Source of the DNA: a virus
Lineage: Duplodnaviria > Caudoviricetes
DNA: 25,627 nucleotides
Virus record (IMG/VR): IMGVR_UViG_3300037467_000139
Coordinates: 1-25,627 of that record
Direction: 5' to 3' (one strand)
Part shown: one piece after another, positions 17,446 to 24,787 of the stretch
Layout of the letters: the number at the start of each line of letters is the position of its first letter
Numbering within the stretch: the stretch's first letter is position 1
The notes under the pieces: generated by a model
The model's input: only the letters and a program-made list of their open reading frames with translations
Told to the model about the DNA's origin: nothing
Database searches by the model: none
Program-made: the position numbers and the translations under genes

Positions 17446-17447
17446 GT

Positions 17448-17532
17448 AAAAAATGAGGGCGGCACACAGGGAGCGTTTGCTCTTGTGGCTCTTTAAGCCT
17501 GATAGCACTAACCAGTAGGCACCCTTATTTTT
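17448..17532. other. Branched stem-loop element; possible atypical terminator or small RNA
   Basis: Closing stem 17449-17459/17522-17532 enclosing two hairpins; ends in a U-tract on either strand. Confidence 0.45.
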
Positions 17533-17749
17533 AATCTACCCCGAATGGGTCGTAGGACGTGGGATACATATCCTCGAATACGGGGTCTGGACCGCCCAAC
17601 TCATCCTCGCTGGCAGCGGGTTTGTCGGTGTAAGAGGCTAGGGTGTCCTCGATTACCTCCATGCAGAAGTCGCATGGGTCGAAGCTACCCTTTACTCCGG
17701 GGTTATGCTTCGGCTCCGGCAGAGGGGCGTCACAGATATTGCACTTCAT
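17531..17749 (-). CDS. Small zinc-finger protein (CxxC...CxxC) with acidic tail
   Basis: MKCNICD...PCDFCM. GGAG RBS fits ATG 17749 better than GTG 17761. Confidence 0.7.
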   Translation of the reverse strand: MKCNICDAPLPEPKHNPGVKGSFDPCDFCMEVIEDTLASYTDKPAASEDELGGPDPVFEDMYPTSYDPFGVD

Positions 17750-17829
17750 AATATACTCCACAGGAGGACGCTAGCCCTCCCCGCTTTCGAACACATGGCG
17801 GGTCTTCATATGCACCCCGCCCGGATTAA

Positions 17830-18144
17830 CTACTTGTATTTTTTAGAAAGTCTTTCGAACTCAGCCCGTTCCCGTGCCTCCCGAGTTTCTTTCCATTCTC
17901 TTTCTTTATTTTCGCGGAAGGTTTCTTCTTCGTCGGTTTCAATAGAAAAAACCACGATATTAAGTTCGTAGCCGTCCGACCACTCTTTTGTATCATGGCA
18001 AAGCTCTATCTTGGACGCTTTAGGGTAGGCTTCCCGCAATTCTTTTTCCTTTTTCGTCAACCACCGAACTGCCTCTTTAATTGTCATGCCATCCAGGTCG
18101 TAGTCGATAGTATCGGAATAGCGGCGTTTTAGCTTTTTAGCCAT
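17830..18144 (-). CDS. Hypothetical protein, 104 aa
   Basis: GAGGT RBS; charged C-terminal helix (ETDEE...ERAEFERLSKKY). Confidence 0.75.
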   Translation of the reverse strand: MAKKLKRRYSDTIDYDLDGMTIKEAVRWLTKKEKELREAYPKASKIELCHDTKEWSDGYELNIVVFSIETDEEETFRENKEREWKETREARERAEFERLSKKYK

Positions 18145-18293
18145 TGCTGATTACCTCGTTTTTCAAGACCTTTCGAGGGGTCTATTAGTGTGAATTCGAT
18201 TGTATCTTCGAGTTCACACGGGACGAGATACGCGAGGTCTGACCGGCACACGGGGCACGGACAGGTTTCCTTCTTCGGGTCGAGGCGGGTCAT
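18129..18293 (-). CDS. Small Cys-containing hypothetical protein, 54 aa (not in ORF track)
   Basis: MTRLDPKKETCPCPVCRSDLAYLVPCELEDTIEFTLIDPSKGLEKRGNQQWLKS; GGGAG RBS. Confidence 0.5.
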   Translation of the reverse strand: MTRLDPKKETCPCPVCRSDLAYLVPCELEDTIEFTLIDPSKGLEKRGNQQWLKS

Positions 18294-18337
18294 TGGGAAG
18301 TCTCCCGAATGCTAGGCGAAGGGCTGAACCGAGGTCA

Positions 18338-18481
18338 TCACGCGACATTGCCTGGTCCCCAGAGTTTGCGATGGGGTGAGCGATACCAAGGCGCTGACAC
18401 CTTGACGTCCTTCCCGTCGATGGTTGCAGTCTGAAAGGTCTTGGCCTTCTTCTTGCCCGAAAGCTTACGAGACTTGGACAT
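18338..18481 (-). CDS. Small basic hypothetical protein, 47 aa (not in ORF track)
   Basis: MSKSRKLSGKKKAKTFQTATIDGKDVKVSAPWYRSPHRKLWGPGNVA; overlaps the end of the ATP-grasp gene. Confidence 0.5.
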   Translation of the reverse strand: MSKSRKLSGKKKAKTFQTATIDGKDVKVSAPWYRSPHRKLWGPGNVA

Positions 18482-19406
18482 GCTGAATATACCCTTCGAT
18501 AACGGTTTTGAAAGAGAGCTTCTCGTTATTCAAATCATTGACGACGCTCTCGAACGTCAACGAGGACACGGGAGCCGCTGGCTCCATCGGGGTAGCCACA
18601 GGCTGAGGAACGGGCGTCTCGGCTGGAGGAAGAGACACCTGTTCGGCATATCGGCGGAAGAAGTCGGCGTATGCCTTCGTCGTCTGCGGCGTCGCCATCG
18701 GCGCACTGTTCGCCTCGATGACATATGCCTTGCCAGCACTGTTGTCGTAGATGACGTCGAAGGCCGCGAAGGCGAGTTCGGCAAATTTGCCAAATGCCTC
18801 CTTGACGACGAGGACGACCGGCATCGGAAGAAGATGCAGGGAGTTCTGTCCGATGAAGTCCCCGAAATAAGTCGTATCCCCGCACCAGATACGGCTATCC
18901 GAAGGGACGTTCGTCATTTCCGGCGTCACGGCTTTCTTCATCTTCTTCGACGCCCCGAGAAGATAGACCTCGCCGCTCGGCAGCCGTCCGACATGGACGC
19001 GATATTCGGAGGTCTTGTCGATACCCTTGACGTAAAGCGGGGCGTTGACAAGCTGACCGTCACAATCGGCGACGACGATGCCCTTGCCGTCATGCCCCTG
19101 GACAGACGTCCGGCAGAACACCGGATATCCGAGAGCCTTCGCTCCTTCCTTCGACGTCGCATATTCCGGCGTCAGACCGGTGCCCTTCAGTCGATTGAAG
19201 AACCTCGTCTTGTCGATGAGGTCCATAATCTTGTAGTTCAACGCCTGCGGATGCGGACACTCGCCACAACCCCAATTGATGAGAAGGTGGTTGGGGTTAT
19301 ATTTGTAGCTGCTTCCTGTGCGGAGAACGAGCTTTCCTTCGAGTGCGTCGCGGAGCGCCTTCGCCGAACGGGAGGCTTGCGTATATGGATAGACAAAGAA
19401 CTGCAT
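18465..19406 (-). CDS. ATP-grasp ligase (RimK/glutathione-synthetase-like, phage type)
   Basis: INWG pre-grasp motif, DK, GHDGKGIVV, EYRVHV, FAAFDVIY, IEANSAP (ExN). AAGGAG RBS. Confidence 0.88.
   Translation of the reverse strand: MQFFVYPYTQASRSAKALRDALEGKLVLRTGSSYKYNPNHLLINWGCGECPHPQALNYKIMDLIDKTRFFNRLKGTGLTPEYATSKEGAKALGYPVFCRTSVQGHDGKGIVVADCDGQLVNAPLYVKGIDKTSEYRVHVGRLPSGEVYLLGASKKMKKAVTPEMTNVPSDSRIWCGDTTYFGDFIGQNSLHLLPMPVVLVVKEAFGKFAELAFAAFDVIYDNSAGKAYVIEANSAPMATPQTTKAYADFFRRYAEQVSLPPAETPVPQPVATPMEPAAPVSSLTFESVVNDLNNEKLSFKTVIEGYIQHVQVS
18780..18791. repeat. Dispersed palindrome copy 5, GGCAAATTTGCC (coding)
   Basis: Exact 12-bp core. Confidence 0.95.
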
Positions 19407-19418
19407 TTCTTCTCTCCT

Positions 19419-20486
19419 TTAGAATTCGTAATCGGGTTCGGCCCATACAAGCTGGGCATTGAACTCGTTAAGGCTTTGCACCATTGATACCGGTATTGAC
19501 GACATTACCGGAATGTCCTGATGCGTAAAGCCGACTTGTGGACTGCTGTCCTCGCTTGCAAGCTTGGCTGCAATCTTCTTGGTATCCCTGCCGAACGGGT
19601 CGGCGACGAGCTTCAGTGGCTTATACTTCCCCCAATCCCGACAATAAGCCAGGTCTTGGGCAAAGCGGATACCGCGAAACATCGCCTGTTGGACTTGTTC
19701 ATTGTCCCACGAAATCCCTCCCCGAACAACAGGAGCCAGGTCGCCGAGGAGGGTTTCGAAGAACGACAGAGGTCCGCCGCTCGAATAAAGCGCCACGAGT
19801 TCGCGAGGGTCTTCGTATTTACCCGAGAGGTCATAAAGCCTCTTACAGATATCGACCCACGTCTGAATTGTGTCGGGGTCTTTGCAGCCGCGAAGAGTGC
19901 GGATTTCAATCGACCCATACTTGAACAAGGCGTTCGGGTTCAGTCCGGCGTAACGAAGCATGTCGTGAAGCTGATACTCCCCATCCGTCTTGATGAACTT
20001 CCGAAGATGGTTGATGATAGCAGGAGCATCGACGGCCCGCAAGCAGAAAAGATTGCCGACGCGGTGTTCACCACAGAATTCGACAAGAATTTCCTCCAAT
20101 GCGAACCACGACGCCATGAACGTCGTCAGCCGATTTAGGTGGAAATCCTGGACATTCAAGTGGATATGCACCGACGTCCGGTTACTGTCGTCGAACGACG
20201 ACTTGAATTCGCCGAACTTATTCCAGAGTGCTTCGAGAGCCTTCGGCACCTTGTCGAAGTCAATCGGCCTTGCGAGGACGTATTCGCCGTTATCCTCGCC
20301 GCGAAGCGAATGGTCGATGGTATAGTTCCACGGAGCAGGAGTGTCATCTTCGTGAGGAAGGTTCTTGCCTTCGAGTTCAATCTCGATGCCGATTTGTCCC
20401 TTCGTCACCTTCCGATTTAGGATGACGCCGACACTAAATCCAGGCTTGGTCTTCTCTTCCTTCCGAATTACTTTGACTTCAGGCAT
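19419..20486 (-). CDS. Putative amidoligase (Amidoligase_2 / GCS-like COOH-NH2 ligase)
   Basis: IGIEIELE, DHSLRG..GEYV, RTSVHIHLN, RYAGLN, GSIEIR. Confidence 0.88.
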   Translation of the reverse strand: MPEVKVIRKEEKTKPGFSVGVILNRKVTKGQIGIEIELEGKNLPHEDDTPAPWNYTIDHSLRGEDNGEYVLARPIDFDKVPKALEALWNKFGEFKSSFDDSNRTSVHIHLNVQDFHLNRLTTFMASWFALEEILVEFCGEHRVGNLFCLRAVDAPAIINHLRKFIKTDGEYQLHDMLRYAGLNPNALFKYGSIEIRTLRGCKDPDTIQTWVDICKRLYDLSGKYEDPRELVALYSSGGPLSFFETLLGDLAPVVRGGISWDNEQVQQAMFRGIRFAQDLAYCRDWGKYKPLKLVADPFGRDTKKIAAKLASEDSSPQVGFTHQDIPVMSSIPVSMVQSLNEFNAQLVWAEPDYEF

Positions 20487-20499
20487 CGTTATTTCCCTA

Positions 20500-21276
20500 T
20501 CAAATCACCCTGTTAAACAGGTTGAGTTCTTCGACGACTTCCTTGCAATAGCTGAATTCCTGCCCGAGCCGAACGAACTCGAAGTTATTCTTGGGCAGGA
20601 TGCCGATGATATCCGACCGATATGCAAGGAACAAGAGGTCAATCGGCCCGTGAACCAACGCGAATTCACGATGGAAAGCGAGGGCGTCATGAGCCACGGT
20701 CGGGTCGAGAAGATATTTCAAGACTTCATACGGTGAGTAGTGGTCGCCAAGGATGCAGTCCTTGAACGCTGGCGACTGAATATCCAGCTTCTCCGCTATC
20801 CGCGTCGGGCTGTCTTGCCTACTGCCTGCCGTAATCAGGGTCTCGAAACATGCAGATTTCGTCAATCCCTGCTGCATCGCCGGACGAATAGGCTGCCGTT
20901 CGACGTAATAGACTTGTGTCCCGATGTTACACATCCCCAACGGAAACGGACGGAAACGGTTGAAGAACGGCGAGTTCATCTGTTTCCGCAAGACGCCACA
21001 GTCCGGAGTGGCATCCAGCCACTTATCAAGTTCCTGGCCCAATAGAGGATAGTCCGGAGCATATCCCGAACAGATATTCAGGAAAGGCTTCAGCACCGTG
21101 AATGCCTCGTTCAGATTGCGGCCAACGGGGTCAAGATACATCCTGAAAATCCCGTCCTTCTTGTGGTCGGTGATGGCGTGGACGAAATAAGGCAAGTTGT
21201 CATAGAGAACCACCGTCCTATTGAGACGGTCTTGAGCCTCCTTAAGGTTCTCGTAGAAGTTCGGATGTTCCTTCAT
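20500..21276 (-). CDS. Hypothetical protein within the amide-ligase module, 258 aa
   Basis: GAGG RBS; tightly packed between two ligases; no recognised catalytic motif. Confidence 0.8.
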   Translation of the reverse strand: MKEHPNFYENLKEAQDRLNRTVVLYDNLPYFVHAITDHKKDGIFRMYLDPVGRNLNEAFTVLKPFLNICSGYAPDYPLLGQELDKWLDATPDCGVLRKQMNSPFFNRFRPFPLGMCNIGTQVYYVERQPIRPAMQQGLTKSACFETLITAGSRQDSPTRIAEKLDIQSPAFKDCILGDHYSPYEVLKYLLDPTVAHDALAFHREFALVHGPIDLLFLAYRSDIIGILPKNNFEFVRLGQEFSYCKEVVEELNLFNRVI

Positions 21277-21287
21277 GACTTCCTCTT

Positions 21288-21301
21288 TGGCAAATTTGCC
21301 A
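21288..21301. repeat. Dispersed palindrome copy 6, TGGCAAATTTGCCA (intergenic)
   Basis: 14-bp palindrome; core at 21289-21300, 12 nt before ATG 21276. Confidence 0.95.
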
Positions 21302-21304
21302 GAC

Positions 21305-22318
21305 TTAGTAGCGCACTGACTTATAAGGGCTCGGTTCGGTCATGCTAACAAGCGGGAACTTGTAAGCCGATACAAGCGTCGGGTCGAGCTTGCTGTCGTT
21401 AATCCCCCGTTGCAGGAGTTCGTTATAGCCGCCCTTGGCCTTGTCGGGGATATACGACTTCGCCATCGCGCCAATAGCTTGCTGCAAACGGTTCCAGACC
21501 GCCAGCCGCCGGTCACGAGACGTAATCCAGAAGTTCGACAAGACACGATATTCGACACCATAGTCCTTCAGACGACAGGCACCCGCCCGCCCATAAAGCT
21601 GACGGCGGGTCGGGTCGCTGTCGATTTTGACAGACCAGCCCCCGAGATACCAGTCGAGTTGCTTCACGAGGTCGCGACAGTTCATGATATGTTGGGCGTC
21701 CGAGAGTTCAGCACCCTCTGTCCACCCGATGTGAAGATGCCCCGATGCCGTGCGAAGATATGGGTTATCATGGCTCTTTGGCGGAGGGTTAACCTCCCCC
21801 GCCCAGGCGTTATAGTCCGGCGAACACCCGAGTTCCTTGGCACATTCAGGGGCGGCGTCGAAAATATCCTTGTCGAAGACGACAGACGGGATTGCACGGA
21901 GTTCGTATCCCGCCGGAAGAAGCCCCGTCAATTGCTTCATGACGGCTTCAATGTTCCGATTGAAATCCTTGAACGTCGTCACGGGGTCGATATTGAATTC
22001 CGCCGCCATTCCATCGACCTGGACTGCTCCGTGTTCGACGGGGTGAGGATACGCCTTCGTGCCAGGCAACAGTCCTTCCGCCGACACGGCAACGCCGTCC
22101 TTGAAGACGAAGAGTTCAGGGTCACAGCCGAACTTAAATCCTTCGCGGGCGTCAAGCGGAGTGGTAGGCACTTCAAATTCCTCTTCAGATGCAGACTTGG
22201 TTTTCTTGGCGAGCTTGGCATCAGTGATTTTATTCTCGTAAATCTGATGATATGCTTCAAGCCCGATTTCCCCGATGACTTGGGACGGGGGCACCCACAT
22301 TCCGTTTATAATCGGCAT
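21305..22318 (-). CDS. phiEco32-like COOH.NH2 ligase type 2
   Basis: FGCDPELF, DGMAAEFN, GCSPDYNAW, RTASGHLHIG, RRQLYGRAGACR, YGVEYRVLSNFW. Confidence 0.92.
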   Translation of the reverse strand: MPIINGMWVPPSQVIGEIGLEAYHQIYENKITDAKLAKKTKSASEEEFEVPTTPLDAREGFKFGCDPELFVFKDGVAVSAEGLLPGTKAYPHPVEHGAVQVDGMAAEFNIDPVTTFKDFNRNIEAVMKQLTGLLPAGYELRAIPSVVFDKDIFDAAPECAKELGCSPDYNAWAGEVNPPPKSHDNPYLRTASGHLHIGWTEGAELSDAQHIMNCRDLVKQLDWYLGGWSVKIDSDPTRRQLYGRAGACRLKDYGVEYRVLSNFWITSRDRRLAVWNRLQQAIGAMAKSYIPDKAKGGYNELLQRGINDSKLDPTLVSAYKFPLVSMTEPSPYKSVRY

Positions 22319-22322
22319 TTCC

Positions 22323-23513
22323 TTAAGCCCTCAAGACGTTAAAACTTTCGCGGTCGATGTAAATCCGGTTATCTGTGTCGTCATCAATTTCCGAGTGCCC
22401 CGAACACTTGCCACACAGCAAGAGGTCGTCGCGTTCGAAGATAGTGATACCAGGCTCACCGAATTCGACCGACTGTGAGCACCACGAACACCCATACTTC
22501 GCAAGTTCGTCGAACTTTTCCTTGTCGATGTAACCGGCGTAAGGATGGTGGTCGGTGCCAAGCCACTTGATGACGTTATCAGGTGAACGCGGGGTCTTCC
22601 CACGGGAGGAGGTCGTCGAGGTCGTCGTCGCCGTTTCCGACAATTCCCGCGTATGGATGCCTGCCCGATGGTCGTTGACGTTTATCCCGCATACGTTCCC
22701 AGGCCTGCCAAAAGGGTCGTCGCCACGGACGGCTGTGACCACCGGCTCAGGCTCCCTTCCCTTGATAGGCTTGGTCTTCGGCTTCACCTTATTCGTCGCC
22801 GTGATGAACAGCCCGACGTCGAACTTATAGTGAAGGTCTTCGTCGGTCGGGAAGAACCGGAAGCCTTGCTCGCCTTCGGCGGCGAGTTCGACATTCTCGG
22901 CACGACAGGCGGCGTCAATCATCCACCATTCGGAAGCCCAGAAGACCCGCTTATAATCCTTCGCGAAGGCATACCACATCGGGCGATGCTTGTTGCGGAG
23001 GAAGTTCAGCGACCCTTCGTTAAGGTCATACCACGTCAGTGACCATGCTCCGGTGTCTTGCGTCCGCCCTTCGGTGCAGAGTTCGATTGCCGTCTTGACA
23101 CCAAGCTTGGCAATACCCGCAATCAAGGCTTGGCTATCGACGGCGAACTTCTCGCCGATGGCGGCTTCGAGCCGGTTCCACGACGCCTGGTCGAGCGTCC
23201 CGTTATGAGCGCCGACGATATGGTCAACCTCGAACGGATGGGCGTTATAGTTCGAAATCCCACCACGCGTCGCGGCTCGGTTGTGCCCCATATAGACCCG
23301 CGAAATCCCCTCGATTACATGGGCGAATTTCTTCGTATCTAGCAGGGTGATGGGGTCGCTCGCGAGCTTGGCGATACGGACTTCGCCGGAGCCACGAACC
23401 GATGCCAAGCCGGTGCTATCCGGCCCACGGAAATAGTCGTGGACGAGCATCCGTTTGATAATTCTGTCGTCGATGCCATTCATCGAGCCAGCGATGCCGA
23501 CTAGACCGCACAT
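22323..23513 (-). CDS. Class II (Ntn) glutamine amidotransferase with C-terminal CxxC...CxxC domain
   Basis: N-terminal MCGLVG nucleophile Cys, RGPDSTG, GHNRAAT, NAHPF, HNGTL, VDS; CSWC...CGKC. Confidence 0.92.
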   Translation of the reverse strand: MCGLVGIAGSMNGIDDRIIKRMLVHDYFRGPDSTGLASVRGSGEVRIAKLASDPITLLDTKKFAHVIEGISRVYMGHNRAATRGGISNYNAHPFEVDHIVGAHNGTLDQASWNRLEAAIGEKFAVDSQALIAGIAKLGVKTAIELCTEGRTQDTGAWSLTWYDLNEGSLNFLRNKHRPMWYAFAKDYKRVFWASEWWMIDAACRAENVELAAEGEQGFRFFPTDEDLHYKFDVGLFITATNKVKPKTKPIKGREPEPVVTAVRGDDPFGRPGNVCGINVNDHRAGIHTRELSETATTTSTTSSRGKTPRSPDNVIKWLGTDHHPYAGYIDKEKFDELAKYGCSWCSQSVEFGEPGITIFERDDLLLCGKCSGHSEIDDDTDNRIYIDRESFNVLRA

Positions 23514-24625
23514 TAGTTCTTCTCCTTCTCGCCCGCAGGCAGTTCGACTGGCTTCAAAATGTCCCGCTCAGCCAAGAGGTCGGGTTTCATCCGGAGGTTC
23601 CCGTCAGTCCATTCAAGGTCTGGATTAGCAAACACGAGTTCTTCCAGAATTTCGAGCGTCCACTTCGTGAAATAGTGGTAACCTTCGTATTCAGGATGCC
23701 CTTGGATACCGATGCAACACGTATCACGATACCAGAAGGCTTCGATATCGGCGTGACTACCGACACTGTAATTCTTGTTGTTCAGTGCCCGCTCGTGCGA
23801 CTTCGCCGACGTCCCGATGATTTCCATCCCGCCACGGACGTTCTCAATCACCATCTGGTGATGCACCGACGAGATTTTCTCCAGGTGCTTGTTGTTGAGA
23901 ATATCCCACATCGAGTGGTCGCCGTAGTGACCATCGACGTCCTGATACAGCTTTCCGCCGTTCATGACGTGAAGGAACTGCGCCCCACGGCAGATGCCAA
24001 GCATCGGAATGCCGTGCTCCTTGCACATGAGATACAAGTCCATATCGGTCTTGTCTCGCGACGGCGACGGCCATGTGCTGTCGTGACGGGTCTCACCATA
24101 GAGCACAGGGTCAACGTCAGACCCGCCGCCGAAGACAATGAGGTCGGCTTCGAGGACGCTTTCGGCACGACGACATTGAGCCCTTGCGAACATCTTGGCG
24201 AAGCGGGCTTCGTCATCGGCGACAGCGGGGTCAGGCTGGACGAAAACCTTGAAGCATAACGTCGGATACGTCAGGCTGCTGTCCTTGATGAGTGTCACCG
24301 GTCGCGTCTTGACCAGCAGCTTGTCTTCTTTCGGCTTCTTCTGCACCGCAGAACTCCTTAGAAAGTCGGGGATATTATCCTGGGCCGGATAAGTCTTGCC
24401 GTTAACTCGGCCCAGACTGTCGATGAACGGGACGTCATCAGGCACCCCTGGCTTGCCATACAAGGCAATGAGTTCTTCCGTGACGTTATCGTTCGACAGG
24501 TCGCCGACACGCATCGCCATTGGTTCCTCCGATGGAAAAGTTATGAGGTTAGCGGATGAGGAATTCATCGGCTTCCGCTTCCTTCGATTGTTTGTGGAAC
24601 GAAACTTTTTGCTTCCCTTGCCCAT
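23513..24625 (-). CDS. Class I glutamine amidotransferase / peptidase C26 (PuuD-like gamma-glutamyl hydrolase) with long N-terminal extension
   Basis: FGGGSDVDP, GICRGAQ (Cys), HHQ, QGHPE (His-Glu). Start at 24625 (GAGGAG) or 24520 (GGAGG). Confidence 0.88.
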   Translation of the reverse strand: MGKGSKKFRSTNNRRKRKPMNSSSANLITFPSEEPMAMRVGDLSNDNVTEELIALYGKPGVPDDVPFIDSLGRVNGKTYPAQDNIPDFLRSSAVQKKPKEDKLLVKTRPVTLIKDSSLTYPTLCFKVFVQPDPAVADDEARFAKMFARAQCRRAESVLEADLIVFGGGSDVDPVLYGETRHDSTWPSPSRDKTDMDLYLMCKEHGIPMLGICRGAQFLHVMNGGKLYQDVDGHYGDHSMWDILNNKHLEKISSVHHQMVIENVRGGMEIIGTSAKSHERALNNKNYSVGSHADIEAFWYRDTCCIGIQGHPEYEGYHYFTKWTLEILEELVFANPDLEWTDGNLRMKPDLLAERDILKPVELPAGEKEKN

Positions 24626-24761
24626 CGGGCGGCTCCTCTTTATTTACGACGAAACTTGCGATGCGGATGAGCATTCCACGGGCGTATTCCGTGTCGCCGC
24701 ACCAATGAAGCCAGTAGGCAATTTCAAGCGCCTCCTGGGGTGTTTCAGGTCTGCGTTGCAT
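24549..24761 (-). CDS. Hypothetical protein, 70 aa
   Basis: AAAGGA RBS directly after a palindrome copy. Overlaps the GATase only if the 24625 start is used. Confidence 0.5.
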   Translation of the reverse strand: MQRRPETPQEALEIAYWLHWCGDTEYARGMLIRIASFVVNKEEPPDGQGKQKVSFHKQSKEAEADEFLIR

Positions 24762-24771
24762 GGCTTTCCTT

Positions 24772-24787
24772 TTGGCAAATTTGCCAA
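24772..24787. repeat. Dispersed palindrome copy 7, TTGGCAAATTTGCCAA (upstream of the 70-aa ORF)
   Basis: Exact 16-bp palindrome; core at 24774-24785, 12 nt before ATG 24761. Confidence 0.95.

Noticed and set aside
17460-17530. Pistol or hammerhead ribozyme
   Set aside because: CUGAUAG is not CUGAnGA, there is no GAAA core, and the pistol pseudoknot partner is absent.
17791-17821. H-type pseudoknot
   Set aside because: The second stem would need a zero-length loop 3 and relies on two G-U pairs.
18441-19487. 348-aa + strand ORF
   Set aside because: Antisense shadow of the ATP-grasp gene; Arg/His-rich with no motif, as expected from codon bias on the coding strand.
21410-22342. 310-aa + strand ORF, and similar ORFs at 19521-20138, 23675-24259 and 8931-9614
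   Set aside because: Lie opposite genes with clear catalytic motifs; no recognisable domain of their own.
1496-24787. Palindrome as a sigma54 promoter or CRISPR repeat
   Set aside because: GG-to-GC spacing is 7 nt rather than 10, and the copies are kilobases apart with no spacer array.
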